A DNA stretch of 64,000 bases, taken from the NCBI GenBank assembly GCA_018396535.1, contig JAGTQC010000002.1, forward strand, positions 1 to 64,000. The letters run 5' to 3'. The translations under genes were made by a program, and so were the position numbers. Shown here one piece after another: positions 40,566 through 48,881 of this stretch. The DNA is from Candidatus Bathyarchaeota archaeon. Lineage in GTDB: Archaea > Thermoproteota > CALKCG01 > B24 > DRYS01. The notes under the pieces are model-generated. The model was not told where the DNA came from, searched no databases, and was given only the letters and a program-made list of their open reading frames with translations. Positions within the stretch are counted from its first letter, which is position 1. The number at the start of each line of letters is the position of its first letter.

Positions 40566-42176
40566 ATGATTAAACCATTAAAGATGAAGAAGATTAGAGC
40601 TATAACCTATCGACCATACTTCCATAGGGTAGCGGCTGTACTAGCGGAGAGCGGGGTGTTCCACCCATTCATCTCTAGCGAAGCGGAGGATTGGCTTAGG
40701 AAGGGGCTTGTAAGAAGGGTGGATGTATCGAAGGATCTATCTAAGATAGATGCTATACTAGGTAGCATAGACAAAGCTGCTATAGAGCTATCTGAGACTA
40801 GCTCTATAGATCTACCGAGTTTCAAATCTTTAGATGAGGCTATGAAGATGTTAGAGGATATAGAGGATGAGGGGTATCTATGTAGGGTTAAAGATCTACT
40901 AGAGGAATGTAGGAAGAGTATAGCTGAGGGATACATAGATACGGCTAGAAGTAGTTTAGGTAAGCTGAGGGATCTAGTTGGAACCTATAGGTTTTCGCTA
41001 GAATTCATGTCTTCGACATTAGAGGTATGTGATTGTATAGTATTCGAGGGGTGGACTCCAGCAGGATACGTTGAGAAGCTATGTGAAGATATAAAGAGGG
41101 CTTCTGAAGGTTATTCTATAGTAGAGGTAGCTGATCCTGGTGAGGAAGATCATCCTCCTACGGTGATAGAAACGCCTAGGACGCTTAAAGTATTCGAACG
41201 CCTAGCTGTAGCATACGGTCTACCTTCATACCATGAATTCAACCCTGCTATATTCTTCTCGATAACCTTTCCGATCATATTCGGGTTGATGTTCGCAGAT
41301 GTTGGGCATGGACTCCTCCTACTAATACTCGGCTTAGCATGTATAAGAGCTAAGAGGATGGGTGGTGAGTATGGGGAGATAATCGGGTATTTCGTAGATA
41401 ACGGTCTATTCTTCGTATCTCTAGGAGTATCATCTATCATAGGTGGACTCCTCTACGGTGATATATTCGGTTTCCACGGTGTAATCCATCCGATAGGGTT
41501 CAGCATAAGGATAGGGAATACATGGATACCTATAGGAGGCTATAACCCGGTAGCTATGCTTGAGCATGGGAATCTCATGCCTATGTTTAAATTCGCTCTA
41601 TTCGTAGGAGCAATCCATATAACACTAGGGCTTCTGATAAACCTAGCTGTTAAACTGGTTAATAGAGAGTATCTAGAAGCTTTAACAGAGCCTATCCCAT
41701 GGCTCTGGCTGTATGTAGGGTTAATCTATATGGTATTCACACTGAAATACGATATATTCAATATAGTAAACCTATTCTCCCAGCATCTAACTATGGTGAT
41801 AGTAGCATTGGTAATACCATTAGCATTGATGATCCTAGGTAAGGGGTTGCTAGAAGGCTTTATGGAAGCCGCATCCTTCACATTCGAAGCTGTTATATCT
41901 ACTATAGGTAATACGGTATCATATGGACGTGTGATGGCTCTCCTCCTATCCCACGGTATGATGAGTAGTATGTTCATCCAGCTATCCCACGGTATGTCTC
42001 TACCAGTTCAGATAGCTGTGATAGCTCTAGGTACATTCCTAGTAATGTTCATAGAGGGGTTGATAGTATTCGTGCATACTGTACGTCTACACTGGGTTGA
42101 ATGGTTCAGCAAATTTTATAAAGGGGAAGGTATAGAGTTCAAACCGCTGAGGATCGGTAAAGGTGGTTACGTATGA
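40566..42176 (+). CDS. atpI: A/V-type ATP synthase subunit I paralogue 2. ORF track start 40536
   Basis: MIKPLKMKKI, FEGWTP, PSYHEFNP, FGLMFADVGHG, SYGRVMAL and RLHWVEWFSKFY motifs. Confidence 0.94.
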   Translation: MIKPLKMKKIRAITYRPYFHRVAAVLAESGVFHPFISSEAEDWLRKGLVRRVDVSKDLSKIDAILGSIDKAAIELSETSSIDLPSFKSLDEAMKMLEDIEDEGYLCRVKDLLEECRKSIAEGYIDTARSSLGKLRDLVGTYRFSLEFMSSTLEVCDCIVFEGWTPAGYVEKLCEDIKRASEGYSIVEVADPGEEDHPPTVIETPRTLKVFERLAVAYGLPSYHEFNPAIFFSITFPIIFGLMFADVGHGLLLLILGLACIRAKRMGGEYGEIIGYFVDNGLFFVSLGVSSIIGGLLYGDIFGFHGVIHPIGFSIRIGNTWIPIGGYNPVAMLEHGNLMPMFKFALFVGAIHITLGLLINLAVKLVNREYLEALTEPIPWLWLYVGLIYMVFTLKYDIFNIVNLFSQHLTMVIVALVIPLALMILGKGLLEGFMEAASFTFEAVISTIGNTVSYGRVMALLLSHGMMSSMFIQLSHGMSLPVQIAVIALGTFLVMFIEGLIVFVHTVRLHWVEWFSKFYKGEGIEFKPLRIGKGGYV

Positions 42177-42640
42177 TAGAGGATCTACTACCTGTATTAT
42201 CTGTGCTGATAGCTTCTGGAGCTCCATCGATCGGAGCGATCTATGCTATAACTACGGTAGGAACCACTATGGCTGGAGCGGGGACGGAGAAGCCGGAGAT
42301 ACTAACGAAGGCATTGATAGCTGTGGTATTAGCAGAAGCTATAGCTATATATGGGCTACTCACATCCTTCATGCTAGTAACGAAGATCCCTACTATAACA
42401 ACCCTAGCGGATAGCTATAAAGCATTAATAGCTAGCCTTATCATGGGTATAAGCGGCCTATCAGCTGCGATAGGTATAGCTCGTTCAGGATCAGCTATGG
42501 CTGGAGCTATGCTTGAAAGACCTGAAACATTCTCTAAAAACGTAGTTGGAGTAGTATTAGCAGAAGCTATAGCTATATACGGGCTACTCGTAGCATTCAT
42601 GCTGATAGCTCAGATAGGCGTAGCACCTATACCTCATTAA
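42173..42640 (+). CDS. atpK: A/V-type ATP synthase proteolipid (subunit K/c), double hairpin
   Basis: Two hairpins, each with VVLAEAIAIYGLL (two carrier Glu). Confidence 0.95.
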   Translation: MIEDLLPVLSVLIASGAPSIGAIYAITTVGTTMAGAGTEKPEILTKALIAVVLAEAIAIYGLLTSFMLVTKIPTITTLADSYKALIASLIMGISGLSAAIGIARSGSAMAGAMLERPETFSKNVVGVVLAEAIAIYGLLVAFMLIAQIGVAPIPH

Positions 42641-43691
42641 ACACTACAACTTTCTCTAAAACCTCCACAGGTATATTCTCGACTATACCGTAGAGTATTA
42701 TTCTAAGATTCCTCGCTTCAACCCATTTAAGATTTATATATGAAAGCAGCCAGCCTATATGAGATAGGGATGGATACCTTTTAACGATCTCTCTACTAAA
42801 CCTAGCTATAAGCTTCATCATCTCATTATCGATTAGAGATATACTATTTCTAAGCCTATAATCTTCGAATACTTTACTTAGTAGATATCCATAGATACCT
42901 CTTTTAATTATACTAAATACATCATCGATATCTTTAGATCTAAGCATATCAATAAGATCTGCCTCACTGATAGTATAGTATATAGGTATTATAAACTCAC
43001 GTATATCATCAAAACTTAATCCAAGCTTCTTACCTCTAAGTATAGTTCTAATATTTAGAAGATCCGCCTCTAAGCCTAGAAATCCTTCAGCTATTTTTCT
43101 ATCTAAATGTTTAAGTATCCTTTCTTTCATAAACCAAAGTTTTAGATAGACATGCTTATCTAGATCAGAATCTATGAATATATACGAGTCACCCCTATCC
43201 AAATACTTCCTAATTATGTTACTATAATCGATACCGTCCAATAAGCGTAATAACCCTTCTATATCTCTAGATTTCTCGAAAATATTATAATAGTCATCGA
43301 GAGTTAACCCTAAGGGTACTGGTACTATATATCTAACTATCTCCTTAGGATTCATCTTCAAAAATAACCCTTTTATGATAACTTTCATATTCTCAACTTC
43401 AAATCTATCTAAAAAATTAACTATAAAATTATATGCATTTTTAGGAGAATATCTTATAATAACCATTATATCATCAAACAAACTTTTCAAAATGATACCT
43501 TCCATTAATTGTAGATTAACTTCTCTAACATCCTTAATATACTGATTATATACTGTTTTAGATAATATATTAATATATTCATCAATACTCCTAGTTTTAA
43601 TTAGTTTAATGTATATATCTCTTTCTAGTAATCTACTATACATAGCTTTAATTTTAGCTGCTATAAAATTGTAATTTAAATTGATAGACAT
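42627..43691 (-). CDS. atpC: A/V-type ATP synthase subunit C (d/AC39), AT-rich
   Basis: Y..AKIKAMYSRLL, RFEVENMK.IIKG, EADLLNIRTILRGK and E.RNLRII..G motifs. Confidence 0.88.
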   Translation of the reverse strand: MSINLNYNFIAAKIKAMYSRLLERDIYIKLIKTRSIDEYINILSKTVYNQYIKDVREVNLQLMEGIILKSLFDDIMVIIRYSPKNAYNFIVNFLDRFEVENMKVIIKGLFLKMNPKEIVRYIVPVPLGLTLDDYYNIFEKSRDIEGLLRLLDGIDYSNIIRKYLDRGDSYIFIDSDLDKHVYLKLWFMKERILKHLDRKIAEGFLGLEADLLNIRTILRGKKLGLSFDDIREFIIPIYYTISEADLIDMLRSKDIDDVFSIIKRGIYGYLLSKVFEDYRLRNSISLIDNEMMKLIARFSREIVKRYPSLSHIGWLLSYINLKWVEARNLRIILYGIVENIPVEVLEKVVVFNEV

Positions 43692-43708
43692 ATCAAATCC
43701 CTCATAAT

Positions 43709-44215
43709 TTATTTTAAAACTTCCTCTACTATATTGATACCTCTTTTATAAATCCCTACATTCCTTTTAAGTATATCTATTTTTACTAAAATTTTTGATT
43801 CATATTTTTGAGAATTAATTTTCCCCTTTACCATATCTAGCTTTATAAAGAAATCATTACGTATCCTATTATAATATTCTGCATATCTTAATCTACTTCT
43901 TATCTTATTAAAGATGGAGCCTATATAGACGTTAACTTTATCCTGTATCTTCTGTATATTATTTATAGCTTCTTCCTTAACATTTTTAATATCGTTTTCT
44001 GATCTCATTTTAATATCCTCTATTTTTTGAATACTATTTTCTATCTTTATTAAAGAATCCTTTGATTCTACATTAGTAGCTAATCTATTTAATACGAATT
44101 TCATTTTAGCTTTATTCTCATCTAGTTTATCTATATATTTTAGTATTCCTAACGCTTTATTAATCCTGAATATAAATTTCCAATCAGTAATGCCTTCTTC
44201 CTTCGGCATCCACAC
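43709..44215 (-). CDS. AT-rich coiled-coil protein, possibly a divergent stator subunit (H/G-like)
   Basis: K/I/N/E-rich helical ORF directly upstream of atpC; preceded by a BRE/TATA-like GAAAAGCTTTATTTA on the minus strand. Confidence 0.55.
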   Translation of the reverse strand: MWMPKEEGITDWKFIFRINKALGILKYIDKLDENKAKMKFVLNRLATNVESKDSLIKIENSIQKIEDIKMRSENDIKNVKEEAINNIQKIQDKVNVYIGSIFNKIRSRLRYAEYYNRIRNDFFIKLDMVKGKINSQKYESKILVKIDILKRNVGIYKRGINIVEEVLK

Positions 44216-44283
44216 TCTATGGAGAGGATAGAGCTTATATTCGTAAATAAAGCTTTTCTACAAATTTTTAGCCTACCTTGATT

Positions 44284-44904
44284 CTAGCTTTGCTGTTCAC
44301 CTACTATACGTTCTATCCTGAATAAGTGTTCACGCTCCATCTCCTCCAATCTGAATTCTATGAATGCTATATCTCTTCTAAGCCTTGGTATAACTATATG
44401 TTCGAGAGCGTTAACTCTACGTTTAATCTTCTCTAGCTCAGCGGCTAGAGCTTTCACCGTAGCTTCTATCTCAGCTACCTTAACCATAACCTTTAACGTA
44501 TCCTCCATCATTGATACCGCTTCATCTAGATATGTTGTTGTCCCTATAAGACTGTATGATGCTCTCCTCTCCCCTCCAGCTTCCTCTACCAGGTTGAATA
44601 CAGGTGTTTCTACACCCATAATCCTCCTTCTATCTATCTCTATCCTAAATCTTGTAGGTGTCTTTATAGCTAATCCTAGCAGTCCACTACGCCCCATAGT
44701 CGCTTCGGCTAGACTAAAGGATTGGTAGGCTTTCCTAAGTTTAATCTCCATCTCATCTATCAACCCTCTAGCTCTAGATATTGTAGATAGGATCTCCATA
44801 GCTAGGATAGTCCTCTTCTCCTCTAGTAGAGATTTAGCTCTCTCAGCTATACCTAGTAGCCTCTTAAGTCTTAGAAGCTCCATCCTAGTAACGTTTACAC
44901 TCAA
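44284..44904 (-). CDS. atpD: A/V-type ATP synthase subunit D
   Basis: TRMELLRLK, LLEEKR and KRRVNALEHIVIP..LEEMERE motifs. Confidence 0.97.
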   Translation of the reverse strand: MSVNVTRMELLRLKRLLGIAERAKSLLEEKRTILAMEILSTISRARGLIDEMEIKLRKAYQSFSLAEATMGRSGLLGLAIKTPTRFRIEIDRRRIMGVETPVFNLVEEAGGERRASYSLIGTTTYLDEAVSMMEDTLKVMVKVAEIEATVKALAAELEKIKRRVNALEHIVIPRLRRDIAFIEFRLEEMEREHLFRIERIVGEQQS

Positions 44905-44907
44905 ACC

Positions 44908-45228
44908 TTAGATCGCCACCTCGAATCCTATAGCTCTCTTAACAATCTCTCTTAAAGTATCTGTAGCCTTAGCTGGTATACCCCTCCTATCTGGGAATGT
45001 TATAGGTGTAACCATCTTAAGATTTACAGCTAGCTCTTCGAAACCATCTATAGAAGAAGCTATCTTATCCGATATTAAAGCTAATACGTAATCCTCCCCC
45101 TTCTCAAACTGCTCTAGGATCCTCCTAGCTTCGTTTGGATCTACTACACTATATGTTTCGCCTACCCCTGCTAAACGGAATAACGTACATGTCTCTTCAT
45201 CAGCTATCACGATTATCCTACCTGGCAA
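44908..45228 (-). CDS. atpF: A/V-type ATP synthase subunit F
   Basis: IIVIADEET...FRLAGV and VKRAIG motifs. Confidence 0.93.
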   Translation of the reverse strand: MPGRIIVIADEETCTLFRLAGVGETYSVVDPNEARRILEQFEKGEDYVLALISDKIASSIDGFEELAVNLKMVTPITFPDRRGIPAKATDTLREIVKRAIGFEVAI

Positions 45229-45231
45229 ATA

Positions 45232-45858
45232 CTAAACCCCCATAAATAGTATCCTAGCTAGCATAGGTTGAAGCTTAGGCTTCAACCTTTCGAATACAGC
45301 TTCAAGACTCCCATCGATCTCTACACTTCCATCAAGCCTCCTAACTACCACACCCCACCTACTCTTTAATCTACTATCAGAAACTCTTATAGTGGTAGGG
45401 ATGCCTACGGTAGCTTCAACCCTTTCAGCTATTCTATCGATATCTAACTTAAACCCTCTATCATCCTCTGATAATACAACTTCAAGATCTCCTCCACCAG
45501 CTAGAACGCCATACTCGTATATCCTATCCTCGAGGAACCTCCTATACCTATCGTCCCTAGGCATATTCTCCAACCTCCTAGCTGCTTCTCGAAGAACATC
45601 CTCTATCAGCTTATTCTTCTCCACAATCTCCATCCATTTAGCTCTCATCCTAGCATCGACTAATATACGCCGTTTAAGATATGCAGCTTCGACCTCAGCC
45701 TTCATAATTATAGATGAAGCTTCTCTTCTAGCAGCTTCGATAGCCTCCCTCCTCCTAGCTTCGATCATAGCTTTAGCCTCCCTCTCAGCTTCATCTATAA
45801 TCCTCTGAGCTTTAACCCTAGCATCCTCTATTATACGATTAACTAGCGGATCGATCAT
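45232..45858 (-). CDS. atpE: A/V-type ATP synthase subunit E
   Basis: N-terminal right-handed coiled coil; GVVV...DGS.EID.SLEA...ARILF C-terminus. Confidence 0.92.
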   Translation of the reverse strand: MIDPLVNRIIEDARVKAQRIIDEAEREAKAMIEARRREAIEAARREASSIIMKAEVEAAYLKRRILVDARMRAKWMEIVEKNKLIEDVLREAARRLENMPRDDRYRRFLEDRIYEYGVLAGGGDLEVVLSEDDRGFKLDIDRIAERVEATVGIPTTIRVSDSRLKSRWGVVVRRLDGSVEIDGSLEAVFERLKPKLQPMLARILFMGV

Positions 45859-46196
45859 AAACTACCCTCCATAACCTCCTTCAATACGAGCTTCACAGCC
45901 TCCTCAAACCTATCCCTAGCCTTCGCTCTCAATTCATCTAGCATCTCCTCAGCCTTTACTAATATACTAGATGCCTCCCTCTCAGCTTCAACCCTAGCAT
46001 CCTCTATTATCCTAGAAGCCTCCTCCTCCATCCTCTTTACCTCTTCAAGATACGCCTCCCTATAGATTCTATGAGAGCTCGATTGAGCCTCCTCCAATAT
46101 CTTATCAGCTCTATCCTGAGCTTCCTCTATAAGTGCTCGAACATCTTCCTCAACCTCTCTAAGTTTCATAATAATAGCTGCGAAATCCTCCGTCAA
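45855..46196 (-). CDS. atpH: A/V-type ATP synthase subunit H/G
   Basis: 113-aa E/A/R-rich coiled coil ending AVKLVLKEV; first gene of the H-E-F-D run. Confidence 0.85.
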   Translation of the reverse strand: MTEDFAAIIMKLREVEEDVRALIEEAQDRADKILEEAQSSSHRIYREAYLEEVKRMEEEASRIIEDARVEAEREASSILVKAEEMLDELRAKARDRFEEAVKLVLKEVMEGSL

Positions 46197-46456
46197 TCCC
46201 GATACCTAGAAGAGTTAGGTTTGAATACATATAAAGGTTACCTCCATAAGCATAGCGTTACGGTATTCGAATCATGTAATCCTCAGTAGTATAGAGCTTT
46301 ACTTAACAGTTAGCGATTAAATCGATAATCTACCTACGATTCGATAGAGGGATTAAGATATGACCTGGATAGAGGATAACGATAACTATACTATGCAGCG
46401 AGTAACTACCAATAAATCTAATCTAACTATAACGGGTAGAAGATATCTATACTGAA

Positions 46457-46580
46457 TGGTCCCGCGGGCAGGATTTGAACCTGCGACCATCCGGTTTCTG
46501 TCACCTGGAAGGCTGGTATACTCCGCCTAGCTTAGGCGGGGCCTACAGCCGGACGCTCTTCCAGGCTGAGCTACCGCGGG
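46457..46580 (-). tRNA. tRNA-Tyr(GUA) with a 47-nt intron at 37/38 (46496..46542); CCA encoded
   Basis: C1-G72 acceptor CCCGCGG/CCGCGGG, anticodon arm TCCGG-CTGTAG^A-CCGGA, T arm GCAGG-TTCAAAT-CCTGC; splice-motif central helix CUGU/ACAG. Confidence 0.96.
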
Positions 46581-46666
46581 ACCTATCTATAGTTTGCGTA
46601 TCCGGATACTGATAAGCTTTATCCACAACTACTCTATGCTACATTTCGTAGAGGTGGCTCCTAGAT

Positions 46667-47758
46667 ATGTATTTCGATGAGGAGAGTATATCTATACTCA
46701 AATCGCTATGCGACTCATTCGGTCCAGCTGGGTTTGAGAGGGAGACTGCATCGATAGTGAAGAAGGAGGCTTCGAAATATGCTGATAGCGTACTGACTGA
46801 TAAGCTTGGATCTGTAATATTCGTTAAGAGAGGATTATCGGATAAGCCTAGAGTACTCATAGCTGGGCATATAGATGAAGTCGGATTCGTAGTTTCAGGT
46901 ATAGATAAGGATACTGGCTTTCTATCATTCGATCCTCTAGGCGGATGGTTCGATCAAACACTACTATCCCAAAGGGTTGTGGTTAGAACTCGTAAAGGAG
47001 ATCTGATAGGCGTTATAGCTGCTAAACCACCACATATACTTACACCTGAGGAGAGGGATAAGGTTGTCAAGATAAGCGATATGTTCATAGATATAGGCGT
47101 ATCGAGTAGGGAGGAGGCTGAAGCTCTAGGTGTTAGGATAGGGGATCCGATAATTCCATGGTCTCCGTTCACTTTGATAAATGGTGGTAGAGTAGCTATA
47201 GGTAAAGCCTTCGATGATAGGATAGGAGCATTCATAGCTTTAGAAGTAGTTAAAAGATTTAGGATGGGATCCGTCGATCATCCGAATACAATCTATGGAG
47301 CAGCTACAGTCCAAGAGGAGGTTGGGTTAAGGGGTGCTACAACGGTAGCCCACGTCGTTAACCCAGATGTAGCTATAGTAGCAGAGGTAGATATAGCGGG
47401 AGATATACCTGATGTTAAACCATCAGTAGCGCCAGCTAAGCTTGGTAGAGGACCTACCATAGTTACATACGATAACTCCATGATACCCAACCAGCTTTTT
47501 AAAGAATTCGTTATAAACGTAGCTGAGAAATGTGGGATACCCTACCAGCTTAGCCATGCTAGAGGGGGTACGGATGCTGGTAGAATCCATATAAGTAGAG
47601 CTGGATGCCCTAGTATAGTTATAGGAGTCCCTACGAGACATATCCATACACATACATCTATGGTGAACCTCTCAGATCTAGCTAACGCAGTAAAGCTTGT
47701 ATACGAGGTGGTTAGAAGATTAGATCAGAAGATTGTAGATAGTTTCACAAGCTTCTAG
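46667..47758 (+). CDS. M42 (TET) aminopeptidase
   Basis: AGHIDEVG, KAFDDR, QEEVGLRGA, GGTDAG and RHIH motifs. Confidence 0.95.
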   Translation: MYFDEESISILKSLCDSFGPAGFERETASIVKKEASKYADSVLTDKLGSVIFVKRGLSDKPRVLIAGHIDEVGFVVSGIDKDTGFLSFDPLGGWFDQTLLSQRVVVRTRKGDLIGVIAAKPPHILTPEERDKVVKISDMFIDIGVSSREEAEALGVRIGDPIIPWSPFTLINGGRVAIGKAFDDRIGAFIALEVVKRFRMGSVDHPNTIYGAATVQEEVGLRGATTVAHVVNPDVAIVAEVDIAGDIPDVKPSVAPAKLGRGPTIVTYDNSMIPNQLFKEFVINVAEKCGIPYQLSHARGGTDAGRIHISRAGCPSIVIGVPTRHIHTHTSMVNLSDLANAVKLVYEVVRRLDQKIVDSFTSF

Positions 47759-48335
47759 ATCTAACATAGACGTATATGAATCTCTGTATCGATGTAATCG
47801 TAGCTACTACAGCTACCACTATCACAGCTATACCTGGATACCCAAACATCGTTAGAAAGCTTAGGATAAGTATACGTTCAGCTCTCTCACCCAAGCCAAC
47901 CCCTGCAAGATTTATACCGATAGATTCAGCTCTAGCTCTCATATAGCTTGTTAGAAAGCTTCCTATCAAAGCTATAAGACCAGCATGAATACTACATAAA
48001 CCACCTAGCATAATACCACCTAGTATTATAGACTCTTCCACCCGATCCACAGTAGAATCTAGGAAAGCTCCAAATCTAGATACTCTATTAGTTAATCTAG
48101 CTACCGCTCCATCGAGCGCATCCATAAATCCTGATAATAGTATTAGTATACCAGCATAGGGGAGGAGGCTAGATCCATAGATGTATAATATACAGCCTGA
48201 TGCAGAAGCAAAGAGTAGACCTAGTAGACATATAGATCCAGGTGTAAGCTTAAGCTTAACAGCTATCTCCGCTACCGAATCTATATACCCTGCTACTATC
48301 CGTCTTATACGTTCAAGCAATCCTAGATATAACAT
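47745..48335 (-). CDS. CDP-alcohol phosphatidyltransferase (archaetidylinositol phosphate synthase-like)
   Basis: DALDGAVAR...FGAFLDSTVDR, SYMRARAE and ERAER motifs. Confidence 0.92.
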   Translation of the reverse strand: MLYLGLLERIRRIVAGYIDSVAEIAVKLKLTPGSICLLGLLFASASGCILYIYGSSLLPYAGILILLSGFMDALDGAVARLTNRVSRFGAFLDSTVDRVEESIILGGIMLGGLCSIHAGLIALIGSFLTSYMRARAESIGINLAGVGLGERAERILILSFLTMFGYPGIAVIVVAVVATITSIQRFIYVYVRSRSL

Positions 48336-48379
48336 TAATTAAACCCTATAAAGATAGCTAAACCTTACTTAGCTACTAT

Positions 48380-48856
48380 ATGTCTAGAGGCGTCTACACA
48401 CTTATTCTAGCATTATACTCAGGGAAATCTATAAGAGTAGGCAGACTCGGAGTACTAACCTTCGATAAAGGCTTCTACGCTTACACTGGATCCGCTATGG
48501 GTAAAGGAGGATCCAGCTTAGAAAATAGGATTGCTAGATATCTACGTAGAAGTATAGATAAACCATTCTGGCATATAGATTACCTCCTAATGGAGGCTGA
48601 ATCGGAGGCTGTAATCTACGCTGTATGCGAGCAGAGCTTCGAGCATAGGATAGCATCAGAGTTATCTAGAAGAGTAAAACCGATCGACGATTTCGGTTCA
48701 TCAGATTGTAGATATGAGTGTAGAGCTCACCTACACTATCTAGGTTTAGATATATCCCATGCTATGAATACGGTATTATCCATTTATACAAGCTTAAACC
48801 TAGAACCCAGGGTGATATACCCTAACAGAGATATTTTTAAACAGAGGGAGTTATAG
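48380..48856 (+). CDS. DUF123 GIY-YIG family nuclease
   Basis: RGVYTL, GFYAYTGSA, WHIDYL and FGSSDC...AHL motifs. Confidence 0.9.
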   Translation: MSRGVYTLILALYSGKSIRVGRLGVLTFDKGFYAYTGSAMGKGGSSLENRIARYLRRSIDKPFWHIDYLLMEAESEAVIYAVCEQSFEHRIASELSRRVKPIDDFGSSDCRYECRAHLHYLGLDISHAMNTVLSIYTSLNLEPRVIYPNRDIFKQREL

Positions 48857-48881
48857 TATAGCAGTAGTGGAGGGATAGGCT

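Noticed and set aside
48380-48856. GIY-YIG gene next to the aIF5A intron as its homing endonuclease
   Set aside because: It is a DUF123-type stand-alone nuclease common in archaea, lies outside the intron, and nothing in the sequence links it to the insertion site.
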